Assembly: GCA_035221665.1 (NCBI GenBank)
Contig: CM069137.1
Location: 35,836,001-35,900,000 of the forward strand
Reading direction: 5' to 3'
Length of the DNA: 64,000 nt
Source of the DNA: Okamejei kenojei
Taxonomy: Eukaryota
In this document: piece by piece, positions 52,878 through 64,000 of the stretch
Layout of the letters: each line of letters opens with the position of its first letter
Numbering within the stretch: position 1 is the first letter of the stretch
Notes under the pieces: model-generated
The model's input: the letters and a program-made list of their open reading frames with translations, nothing else
What the model was told of the DNA's origin: nothing
The model's database searches: none
Program-made: the position numbers and the translations under genes

Positions 52878-55800
52878 TTCCTTTGCCCATTTTTTAAACT
52901 TAATTTGTATTACATCAATGTCACTTGCAAGGTCAGCAATTTGCACCATGCTTGATTCATATGCAATGGTGATAAGGCACATTGTTGGAGCACCGCAGCT
53001 ATGCTGAAATTGTTCTCATATTGCTAACAAGCAATTTCCTTTCTTTCACCAAGTTAATGAAGAATTAATAGTCTTTTTCGAAGAAGGGATGGTATGTGAC
53101 TTGGCAACAAAGCTTTTTTATGCGCCTATGCTGGAATGCACTCTTGATGTAGAATCACTGTGGAACATTCTGTGGATAATACAAATGACATACACATGTT
53201 CAGCAATCTGTAGGGGATGGTGAGGTCCCAGTCATGTGGGCTCTGTCCTGGATGGCGTCAAACAATTTCAGTGCTACACTCATACACATGTGTTTAACAT
53301 TCACTCAGACTGTTGTCTCCAACAATATCAAGGTTAGATTCTACCCTTTTCAAGTCATTGTCTTGCATCTCTACAGAGAGAAAGGTACCTATCTCTTAAC
53401 AGCCCATGCCCAAATGTTGAAAAGTTAGAAGCTGCCGATGATGGAACTGAAATAAAAACAGAAATGCTGGTATTTTTTAGCAGGTCAGGCAGCATTTGTG
53501 AAAACAGATTGTTTCAGAGATAGTGGGGTGGAGGCATAGAGGGAATAAACTGAATGTGTGTGACAGAGTGGAGACCCAAACAATGCAGGTGACACAAACG
53601 CTGCTTGTGCCTTTTAAGAGAGGGTGTTTAAAGCTTGTTAATTATAACACATCTGTCTGGCTGAATAAAATGATGAGGAATAAGAACAGCAAAGAGAAAA
53701 AGAAAACCAACATTGCAACCATGAGATGTAAATCACAACTGTCTATGAAAAGCTGAAATAAAAGAAAATATTCAAAAATAGCCAATGGGTACTAGCTATG
53801 GAAAGAGAAAAACAGTTAATATTATAGGTTAATGGCCACGTATCAGTTCTACAAAAAGGTAAAACAAACTTGTTTTTAAATTTTCCTGCTTGTGATGAAA
53901 GTTCATAGACCTGAAATATCAATCGTGTTTCTCTTTCCATAGACAATATTTCCAATTGTTGAGTATTTCCAGCATTTTCTATTTTATTTCACGTGCCCGA
54001 GTGTTGTCCGCATAACATTGCTCGAGGCTAAGGACTGATTTGTTATCTGTCAAACTGTGAAAAGAACTGATCCCATCCCATTTCAGAAAAGTGCTGAAGT
54101 AGCTAAAACTAGTTAGTCCAAGGACACAGCCCGAAGGAATTCAACAATGGCGTCCCGAGGCAGAAGTAATTTATTCCAGTCACCACAACCAATTTCCTTT
54201 GTGTGAGGTATAACTCCAACCAGTGAAATGTTTTTCCCCTTGAAAAACATCAACTCCAGTGTTATGAGGATCTCCTAGTTGATCAGATGGGATCCTAATG
54301 ACAGCAGTTATACATTCTACCTTCAGGGGGAGGGGGGGGGGGCGGTATTTGAACTTTACGTCTTTATCCAAATACAGTAGACACATTAGAGCCCAAACTA
54401 ACCGTGGGTGGGTAAGTGTTGTGGAAAATACCTTCCATTTCTGTTGTTAATGTTTGAGCAGGAATGTTATGGTGGCAATTGACCCAGATGGATTTGTCAT
54501 ACCTTGTTTACCTAACCAGTTTTCCATATTGTAGGAAGTTTCAATGTGTTAATACTACAGCTGTAAGCCTTTCAATGCCAGCATGTACACTCCACCAGTT
54601 TACCAGAAAATGAGGGGCTGGATAAACTCAGTGGGTCAGACAGGTTTGTGCAGAGAAAGGACATTCCATTCCCCACCCCAGCTGCTGCCTGACCCAGAGT
54701 TCCTTCAGTACTTTGTTCTTTGCCCTAAGATTCCAACATCTGCAAATTCTTGTGTCCAACAGCTGATCAACTGTGACCGCTACGACATGCAGTTTATTAG
54801 TTCACAGGCATCTTTCTTTGCTCCTTTATAGTAGGCAGACACAAAAGTATAGATGGCAGAACCAAATCAATGAGGGCAGGCAGACCAACAGTATACAAGA
54901 TGATCGGTTTCAATAGCCAGCGATGGTTATGAAACCAAAGACGATGATGATATCTTTAAACCTAATCCTCCTTGCAGCCCACTCTCCCATTGTATTTTCT
55001 CTATTCACATTTACAAAGTCTGAATAAGGGTCTCAACCCGAAACATCACCTATTATATTTTTCCTGAGATGCTCTCTGACCCGTTGAGTTACTTCAGCTT
55101 TTTATGTCTATCTTTCTTTACAAATCACCTGTTCTGTAAACATATACCTCTTGCAATCACTCCCTCCCCAAGAACAAATTTATGAGTTTTAACCAGCCAA
55201 ACATTCTAACCTAACCAAGCAAATGAAGGTGGTGCCAATGAAGATATGATATAAGTTCATTTTGCAACACAGGAGGCTTGAACAGTGAAGTTGTGTGTAA
55301 CACCATATGATAGCATAGGGATGGGATCTATGTGTGGTGATTCCAGCAGACGTGGTTTTCCAGAAGACTGCAACCAGGGCAGAGAGAGGAGGGGGAAGAG
55401 ATAAGGAGACTGCAATAATATAGTTTTATGGAGGGTGAGGCATGGGTTCTGTTACCACAGTCTCAGATAAAGCCAGAGAACAAAGCTGACAAGAATGTAT
55501 AAAGAAACAGTTGCTGCATTGTTTACCCAACCAAAAAGGCTCTATGCAAAGTCTAGGGGTGTGGAGGAACCCAACACAAGGTTGGGGCATGGGGATTTGT
55601 ATATAGTTTATAGCCATTCTTTCCAGGAAGGTAAAGGTGGGCATGTCCATTGACATACTTGCAGCCCTAAACATAATGCAGTTTCCGAGCATTGATGACA
55701 CTGCTTCCATGGCAACAAGAGACAATGCTTTCTGACCTCTGGATAGTTTCATGGAACTTTACAATTGCAGATTCAGATGCCAATGAACAAAAGAGTGTGC

Positions 55801-58800
55801 AGGCTTTAATGGCAGTCAAGTAACATATCCTTCTACTAAATAATAGGATAGCTGAGACATTGTTCTGGGAGAGTGGTAGTGAATCACATATTTCGCTTGG
55901 GCAGCTTATAACCCAGCAGTATGAAGATAGACACAAAAAGCTGGAGTAACTCAGTCGGTCGGACAACATCTGTAGAGAAAAAGTCCCCCCTCCCCCTCCC
56001 CTCCCCTCTCCTCCCCTCTCCTCTCCTCTCCCCTCCCCTCCCCCTCCCCTCCCCTCCCCTCCCCCCCCCCCCCCCACCCCACCCCACACTAGTCGTATTG
56101 CTAGTTTCACTATTCATATCCCTTTGTTGTCACCTCTTCCAGAGCCTATAATGAACCATTGTGGGCTCCACCTCTCTTGAATCATCGGGCCGGCTCCGAT
56201 TCATTCTGTATGTTTTTATACCTCTAGTTTCTCTCTCGCCAGACTTTCTATCCGAAGAACTTGTAGTTGCATTTGCTGGAGTTATAGTGAGATGTCTTAT
56301 TCATGAGATGCCATCTTCCTTGCCCTTTTCTTTCTGTGTCTCCTCAGCTGCACACAAATTGACATCATGATTTGTCTGCGAAAACATCTCCAGAGGTTTT
56401 CACATTAGCACACACCTCACCAATACGACATCCACCCCCATTTGCAGCAGAATTGTGTGCCAACATTTCAAATGCATCAAACATTATTTTTGTTGTAAAT
56501 ATTTTATCGATACCAAACTTTTCAATGCATCTAAAAGTGATGAGACAAATCAAGTTTACTCATTTGTTAAACAAAAATTGCCTGAGTATATGTTTATAAG
56601 TAGGAATGTTACAATATTTTGAGATTTTAAAAATCAAGCCTGTAATTTATCTCATCAGATAAAGCATAAAAATAACTTTTATTTGATACCTAATTAACTT
56701 TCATATCTTCAGTATTAAAAAAACTATGGTCATTTTCATACTCAGCAATTAGCATCTTGTTCCCTATTGCTTTTCCATTGACACAAAAGCTGTGATGGGG
56801 GACAGTCAATTGACGTAAAAGCCCATAACTTTCTTTAAAATTAAGAGAACTGAATGAAATGTTCAGTAATTATAGATTGAAGCATTCTGAAACAAATATG
56901 AAACATCTTGCTTGGATGACCTGAATTAAAGCATATAATTAGACAGTTACCTCATTGTAGCTAATTACAAAATTGACCGTAAATAATAATAAACATCCAG
57001 ACTGCCTGGAAAATGTGATATTCTCAAGATCGGAACTTTAATATTATTGTATTATATGCTGTAAGTCCGTAACAGATAGGTAAAGGAATTACAATTTCTA
57101 GCAAAAGACAAAGTCTTCATGGAGAAGAAGATCAGCTGTTAGCTGGTACATTGACAGATCATAATCAGTAGCATCATCATGCTCCTCAAATTGAAGCCAA
57201 TAAGCAACTCTGTACACCTTGTTTTTCCTAAATTTTACAATTTTGGCATTGTAAACTACAGGTTTTTGCACTTCAAACCATGCATGACATGCTTTTCTGC
57301 CCACTACTTTCCCATTAAGAATGTCCTGTTGATCATCACATTTGGAGTAGTCCAAATTCGGATAATCTCTGAGAATGCTGTCTACATCAGTCTCTTTCAA
57401 TTTTTTCCCCAGTTTTTTCCTCTCTTTCGTGTCCTGGGCATGCTCCTTGTCTTTCTGTCGCTTGATGATTTCTGCTTTCAATTCCTTCTGTTTTTTCATC
57501 CTTCTGTTCCTCTGCACTCTCCCCAATTTCATTGCCGTACGGAGCACCTCCTCCCTATGTTGATCCTTGAGATTATCAAGGAAGTTGACTGTTCTATTCT
57601 TGCAGGCCCGCATCCTACATGACAAATAACTCATGGTGGCATTGGGAGATTTCAGTTTCGATGAGCTAAACATTCCCATTATCTCCTTTGCATCAATTTT
57701 GTGTGATCTTGCTGACGCAGTCTCCTCCTTCAGTTTCTCAGTTACATCAAGTTCAAAGTATTTACTATACTGCCTTTCCAACACAGTGATGACAGCTTGA
57801 AGACAGCTCCTCATCTTTGAACTGAACTGTGGAGGTACTGGTAGCTCCCGAAGTTTTGTCATCAAGATGCACCTCTTCACCGAAGAAATCTTCCCTTGCC
57901 AATATCAAGTTCTCTGGAGTTTCTGTGGCTTCCTTTAGAGCAGCAATCACCCCTTTAACCACATTGATACCATCAACATGGTTGATCTGATTCCGGCTTC
58001 AAGTGTAGAAGTCATGTAGCTTCTTCCAGTCTGACTTCCCAGTCAGATATTTGCCAAGTAAGCCTAATATCTGAAGTTCGACATTTGCTTCCGCCTGGGT
58101 GAAGTCATGGAGGATGGCGTGTCTCAAACCCCCACAGGATGATCCGCTATTCAGCAGGGCAACAAAGTAATCATAATGTTCTATGTGCTTATCACTAATA
58201 TGGAAAAGTATATGTAATCTGTTGCCATGATTCTGTGAGAGGACACCTCGGGGGATGGTCCTTTCATCCAAAAATACAACAAATCCTTTTGGGTCCCCTT
58301 TTCCATTCTTGTACTGAAGTTTGTTCATCTGCATTATGACATTTCCTGCTATTCAGTCCTTCCCAAACAGGAATTTTCCTCTGGATTGTTTCTGCATTTT
58401 GAAGGCTGAGTGTATTGATGTTGCAATGGAGTCAAGAGGATGCAAGTGGCAGTAGAGCTCATTCAAAGATTTACTCCACTCACTGTTCACCATCCTAATA
58501 ATTAGCTGCACAACTGTCACTCAGTGTAATTGTAATGTTGTCTATTATCTTTTGCCTGGTGTCTTGGAAATCCGGTTGCTCATTGAAATAAGGGTAAGTT
58601 TCACACAAATTGTCAACAGCATCGCAAATATGTTGTGCAAAGTCCTCAGCAGCCCCACCAGCCAATTCACCGACTGCTGCAGAAAGACATTCATTTGTGG
58701 TGGTGAAGTGTACACTGTTAATATGAGTCTCTTCCTGGGTGGTTGCATCAAAACCAACAGTCAAATCCTTTGTAGTTAGGATTATCTCTGCTGTCTGTAA

Positions 58801-59017
58801 AGGGCCTATCACACTTGAGCATCATTTGTGCGTCAAGCAGGTGGCGTGCGATGATTTTGTGAATCCCAAAATCCAGCAGCGACACGCGCTATCGCCATGC
58901 GTCAATGAGCTTGTATTGCACGCTATGCGCGCATCACGTACGCAACACGACACGTGCATCATGCATCATGACGCATAAAGTATGTTGCGTAAATGACACC
59001 CAAGTGGGATAGGCCCT
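58801..59017. mobile_element. Harbinger/PIF-type MITE with TAA TSD
   Basis: TAA-AGGGCCTATCACACTTG ... CAAGTGGGATAGGCCCT-TAA; removal restores ELGAIAELQTAEII in the transposase. Confidence 0.9.
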
Positions 59018-59195
59018 TAACTCAGCAATAGCTCCCAATTCGCAGGCCATAACTTCAACTGTACTGCGTCAAGGAACACGATCCAGATTAAGTCCATTCC
59101 GCTTGTAGAACGGGCTTATCAGGATTGGAATGTTTGCCGAGGGAGTTTTGTTTACAATACAGTCAAACACATGCATCCTTGCTGTTGAGGAGTAA

Positions 59196-59730
59196 AGGGC
59201 TTGTCCCACTTGCATGCGATTGCATGCATTTGGCGAGACCAAACGTGATCGCTTGAGGTGTACGGGCACCATATGGCCGCGCGGGGCCGGTCCCACTTAG
59301 AAGCGTGGAGTTGTGCGGGGCTGGTCCCCACATCGCGCGGGGCTCCGAAAATCTGACAGTGTCCAAAATCTTTGCGCGCCAACTGCCGGTTGGCATGCAG
59401 GCGCATTGCGGATGTACGCAGCGTCTTGACAGCATACGCAGAGCCTTGACCGTGAACACAGCATCTTGATGGCGTACGCCTAGCGCGTGGCATTGCGCGA
59501 TGATATCAACGCCCGGCATGGCATTGCGTGATAACGTCACCGCCCGACGCCGTGCGATGCCCAAATTTAGTCGGCCTGCCTCCCGCCCAGCTGATTAGTA
59601 AGTATGATGCAAATGATGTAATGCGCGAACAGTGCAAACTTAGCACAAACCTAGCACAAACCTAGCACAAACTCCGTTTCCGTTTGGTCGCACCAAATGC
59701 ATGCAATCGCATGCAAGTGGGGCAGATCCT
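59196..59730. mobile_element. Harbinger/PIF-type MITE
   Basis: TIR core CCCACTTGCATGCGATTGCATGCATTTGG and its inverse; flanks TAA/TTA; removal restores MDQKTYSSTARMHVF. Confidence 0.88.
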
Positions 59731-60792
59731 TTAGTCTTCTGGTCCATCTTTGACTTGACAATACTAGCAGCCTCCAGAGTTCCGATTGTTTCTTTGAGGA
59801 CAAGATTGTCAATTTTGAGACGTTGCACATCCTCTTCCCTGTCCTTTAGTTTTTCATGAACTTTTCTATACTGGTGAATTGAAACAGTACTCCTCTTTTT
59901 ATTACTGCCACGGAACTTGAGCAATTGGCTGTGTGCTTTTTTAAGTCTCAGAAACTCTGCCTTGGTTTCAGCAAGCTCTCATGCCAACGTATTCCCACGT
60001 AATTTGGTTTTGAGTTCCTGAATCTTTCTGTCCTTTAAATCTATTTGGTTTTGCTTTCTCTTTAAGGCATGATTAACTACACGTTTGGGATTTTCAACTG
60101 TGCCCTAAGTTCACTGATCTTTTTTGCAATACTTTAGTGCAATAGTGACCTTGGATGTAGACAGAAAGCTTAGCCTTTTCTTCATTTTCTGTTTCCTTGG
60201 TGAAAGACTTAAAAGTTCTCTGCTACACCTTATTGAAACACTAGATGTCGATGGCATTGTTTCAGGTGAGGCAGCAGCTGTCGTTGGCGTTGCTCGATTC
60301 AGTGGAGGATGCAGACTATGACTGTCATCGCCCATGTCCTCAGTGTCTTGAAATATGGGCACTTGGCTTTCGGCTGATGTCAAAGATTCAGGATCTTGAG
60401 CACCAGGCGGTGGAATGTCATCTAAAGAAACGTGTTGACTGCCTTCTAGAAGTTTAAAAATGTCATCACAAATTTTCATAAATGTTCCAAGTTCCTTGGG
60501 ATTGCTGATTTTTTTTAACATAAGCAAAGTCCAGTTAACGAGAGTCCTCACCCTTGAGTTAACAGCCGCAAATGAATAGCCTTCTGCATCCGACAAAGAG
60601 AAATGTGAACTCAGCCGTCTCTCAGTTTCAGACCGTCTTTTTCCAAACGAGGTATACCAGTACAAGATGTGTCCATTTCTAAGATCCCTCTTAGACTCGG
60701 GCATGACAGAGAAATTCACTTCAAGGTGAACTCTAGCTATGCCAGGCTGGGCATTTGGATTGACAATTTTGTATTTCTTCTTCGGAGGACAT

Positions 60793-61677
60793 CTGTTTAA
60801 ATGTAAAGAAAAAAAAACTGAACAGCATTAACAGAAACAAGTTATTATTTGCAGTTTTAGAAAAAAAATGTAAAAATGATTTTGTTCAACAAAATGCCTA
60901 ACACAAGTTAAACATTAAAACAAATAGTAAATACCCAACAAAAAAAAATCATATTCATCAGTGTCATCAAATAAATTAAATTTGTCTAAATTCAATTAGT
61001 AGATCTAAACATCTATCCCATTCTTAAGAAAAGGCTATTTTTTTTAATAGCCAAAGTATCCAAATAACAAACTGATCCAATTCACACAAGAATTCACAAT
61101 ATAACATGATTTTTAAATCTCACCTTGTCATGAATTTCTATGCCAAATGGAAGGAATTGAATGTTTAATACATTTTACTCTGTTCGTTTATAGCACTGCA
61201 GCAGGCAAGGTTCATTTTACACAGACATTTGTTCAAAATCCAGTAAAATCCACTCAAGATAATCAAAATCATACTTTTCTGCACAATCATGTCATATGAA
61301 CATCTAAATTATCTATATTTTGTGTTATTGTGTATCCATGATTAATATTTTCATATCTGACTAAAACTATGTACTGTGGAAGTTTTCAGTCAGATATTTA
61401 GTATGAAATATTGATCATGGATAAACAATAACACAAAATATAGAAGATATAGATGTTCTTATGACATGATTGTGCAAAAAATAATGAATTTGATTATTTT
61501 GAGAGGGGATGTTTCTGGATTGAGATGGATCAGAATGTGGTCACTGCCATGATTTAAGCCCTGATATCATCTGGCAACGCACGGCCGATATCGGGGCCTA
61601 AATAACATATTTTGCATCATCAGATTAAAATGAAACAGCACCAAAAAGCAAGATAAGATGTTAAATAGACGACTTAC
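60793..61677 (-). other. Putative 5'-UTR intron of the hAT-like transposase
   Basis: AAG|GTAAGT donor at 61677 and T-rich tract ...TTTAAACAG|ATG at 60793/60792. Confidence 0.5.
61253..61503. repeat. ~250-bp AT-rich imperfect palindrome
   Basis: TGCACAATCATGTCATA...TATATTTTGTGTTATTG mirrored by CAATAACACAAAATATA...TATGACATGATTGTGCA. Confidence 0.85.
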
Positions 61678-62061
61678 CTTTTGTTTTCTCCTGCACTTGC
61701 GATCCGTGATGTTGATGGCGCTGAAGGCGTTAGAAGTCGCATTTAACTTCAATCCAGCGATGCAATTGACTAGCCACTGTTTTTAAAAGAAACGGGAACG
61801 GGATTGCAGAACAAATTTTCTTCATCAGCTTGTAGTCTGAGCAAATCGCTCTCCGACAACCAATACAAACCTATATTTTAATCTCCCCCCCCCCCTGCCT
61901 CTAGGAATGCACGCACAGGCAGTGGGCAGATCTGGAGCGCCATGATTGTAGGATTTTGTAACAACTCTATTACAAGTGCTGAAATATCTTATGTGGCTAA
62001 CTTTACTTTGCATTCTGACAATTTGATAATTTGTGGTTATTACATTGGGATAGAGGAACCA

Positions 62062-62360
62062 GGGACAGCATAGTGGCGTAGCAGAAGAGTTACTGCCTTA
62101 CAGCGCCAAAGACCTGGGTTCGATCCTGACCTCTGGTGCTGTCTGTACAGAGTTTGCACATTCTCCCTGTGACCGCATGGGTTAACTCCAGGTGCTCCGG
62201 TTTCTTCCAACACTCCAAGGCAGATTTGTAGGTTATTTGGCTTCTGTAAGTTTCCCTAGTTTGTAGGATAGAACTGGTGTACAGTGTGATCAATGGTCAG
62301 TGTGGACTCCGTGGGCAGAAGGGCCTGTTATCATGCTATATCTCTGAACTAAACTAAATG
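62062..62360 (+). mobile_element. tRNA-derived V-SINE (HE1-like)
   Basis: GTGGCGTAGC...GGGTTCGATCC head, V core, GAAGGGCCTGTT...(AACTA)n tail. Confidence 0.85.
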
Positions 62361-62932
62361 AGCTTCCAAAGGAGGGAGAGGAAAAGAGCGTGGAGCTCAT
62401 TGGTGAAATTGATTGTAATGCTGATTGATGGAATATAAATTTGACCAAGATAGATGCAAAATGGCCTATTTCCCCATTAATAAATGTGTCAACATCATAA
62501 GGGGGAGAAAATAAACAGCCACAGGAGTTTTTGCATTACAGAAAGGAGTCAGGTGAGGATGGGAGTTGGGGTTAGGGGTGGTTGAAATATCTGATGAGAC
62601 AATAAAACCTTGATGAATCATGTACACTGGCAGTTCTGAATCACTCAAGCTTTATTTTCATGCTATATACTGTAATTTTGCAGTTCTGTGATATTTGTTG
62701 AAGCTATACAGAATCACATTTTAGTAACCTTCACCACAATGTGTATTCAACAATGCACTGAACATAATACAAAACATCAAGATTCTGAACATCTAAGTAA
62801 TTTAAAGCTATTCAGCTGACAAATTGAATTTTAAAACTGGCCTTCAGTGCACTCAGTTTGCATAGATCTGGCTGAACAGAAAATTCAAATTGTGTTGTCC
62901 ATGAACTAAAGAAACAGATATAACCATGAGGC

Positions 62933-63685
62933 AGATACAAAATGCTGGAGTAACTCAGCGGGACAGGCAACATCTCTGGAAAGAAAGAATGGGTGATGTT
63001 TCGGGTCGAGACCCTTCTTCAGACTGATGTGAGGGGAGTGCATGGGACAGATAGAATGTATTCAGAGACAGTAAAATTGGAGGAAGAACTGGGAAGGGGA
63101 GGGGATGGAGAGAGAGGGAAAGCAAGTGGTATTTGAAGTAGAAAAGTCAATGTTCATTCCGCTGGAGTGTAAGCTACCCAAGCAAAATATGAGGTGATGG
63201 TCCTCCAATTTGTGCTGGGCCTCACTCTGACAATGGAGGAGGCACAGGACAGAAACATCTCCATTCAGTCCGCCTTAACTTACCTGAACTCCTGTTTGTT
63301 CAGCACTTTAACTTCCCCTCCCATTCCCAATCTGACCTTTCTGTCCAGATGAGGAAATACTGTTTCACACAAAGAATTATGAGTCGGTGGAATTATCTGC
63401 CTCAGATGGCGGTGGAGGCTGGTTCTCTGGAGACTTTCAAGAAGAGCTAGATAGGGCTCTTAAAGATAGTGGAGTCAGGGGATATGGGGAGATCAGCCAT
63501 GGTCACATTGAATGGCGGTGTTGGCTCGAAGGGGCGAATGGCTCACTCCTGCACCTATTGTCTATTGTCTGTAGCACCTCATATTTCTCTTGGGTAGCCT
63601 AAATCTCAGTGGTATGAACATTGACTTCTCTAACGTCAAATAACCCTTGTGTTCCGTCTCCATCCATCCCCTCCTCCTTCCCAGT
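62933..63685. mobile_element. Inverted Penelope remnant interrupted by a CR1-like 3' end (63346-63570)
   Basis: pLTR and GIY-YIG end on - (62933-63254), same region on + (63255-63345, 63573-63685), CR1 tail (ATTGTCT) between. Confidence 0.7.
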
Positions 63686-64000
63686 GGTATTTACTGACTT
63701 TATTTCAGTTTTACAGCACCTGCGGTTTCTTAGATTTTCATTTACAAGCTATTGCATGCTGTTCTGAACATTAGTCTGAAATGTTAATAATATTTATACA
63801 ACGTTCCAGCAACTCTTCAAAATGTATCCCATGATAGATAAGTAGTTACAAATAATCACTGAACAATGGCAAGAAACCAATACAATGTAAAATCATAAAT
63901 TCCTTTTTCAGTTCATCTCATTCTTCACCTCTCACTGATCAGCTTGTTTGAAAAAATAATTCAGAATTTAAGTTAACTACTTCCTTTCAAAGGTAAGAAC

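Larger units (their letters stand above)
57098..60792 (-). pseudogene. DDE transposase with CxxH motif and C-terminal Tudor/Spindlin-like segment
   Basis: Collinear fragments: PPKKKYK N-terminus, coiled-coil region, GFDATTQ, LSDSCAAN, ELYCHLHPLDS (~58430-58465), GNRLHILF, HKIDAKEIMG; interrupted by stops, frameshifts and two MITEs. Confidence 0.75.
56601..61969 (-). mobile_element. hAT-like (hATw-like) DNA transposon, decayed, carrying nested MITEs
   Basis: Imperfect TIRs TAGGAATGTTACAATAT / TAGAGTTGTTACAAAAT (rc); 7-bp flanks TTATAAG / TTACAAG; fragmented transposase on -. The hATw label rests on the 7-bp TSD and CxxH motif. Confidence 0.7.

Noticed and set aside
56348-56410. Strong polypyrimidine-CAG acceptor on +
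   Set aside because: All frames close within about 20 codons and there is no good donor; cannot be supported as an exon.
59069-59564. Overlapping Arg/Ala/Cys-rich ORFs
   Set aside because: Mostly read through a CpG-rich MITE; only 59020-59192 is transposase sequence.
63912-63998. Possible exon ending AAAG|GTAAGA at the window end
   Set aside because: Stops in all frames; no supporting context.

Overview
Eukaryotic, repeat-dense non-coding DNA. The repeat content (V-domain HE1-like SINEs, HER1/CR1-like LINE tails, abundant Poseidon-type Penelope termini) points to a cartilaginous fish, probably a skate or ray; this is an inference. No host protein-coding exon could be supported. The window holds a broad set of mostly decayed mobile elements: Rex1/Babar, CR1-like and RTE LINE fragments; a Penelope (RT + GIY-YIG) insertion with inverted pseudo-LTRs, a 15-bp TSD and hammerhead-like cores, plus a hairpin-only derivative; two DIRS1-type tyrosine-recombinase retrotransposons with ITR/ICR ends and an adenine-methyltransferase-like domain; a Gypsy (Mag-like) provirus with both LTRs; a cluster of Helitron-like non-autonomous elements; Harbinger-type MITEs; and a 5.4-kb hAT-like (hATw-like, 7-bp TSD) transposon. 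The best novelty candidates are a Spin/Ssty (Spindlin Tudor-like) module at the C-terminus of the hAT-like transposase, an in-frame Gag-methyltransferase fusion in the internally deleted DIRS, and the 206-bp Penelope hairpin with its own 16-bp TSD. All protein-family calls are by motif recognition, without database searches.
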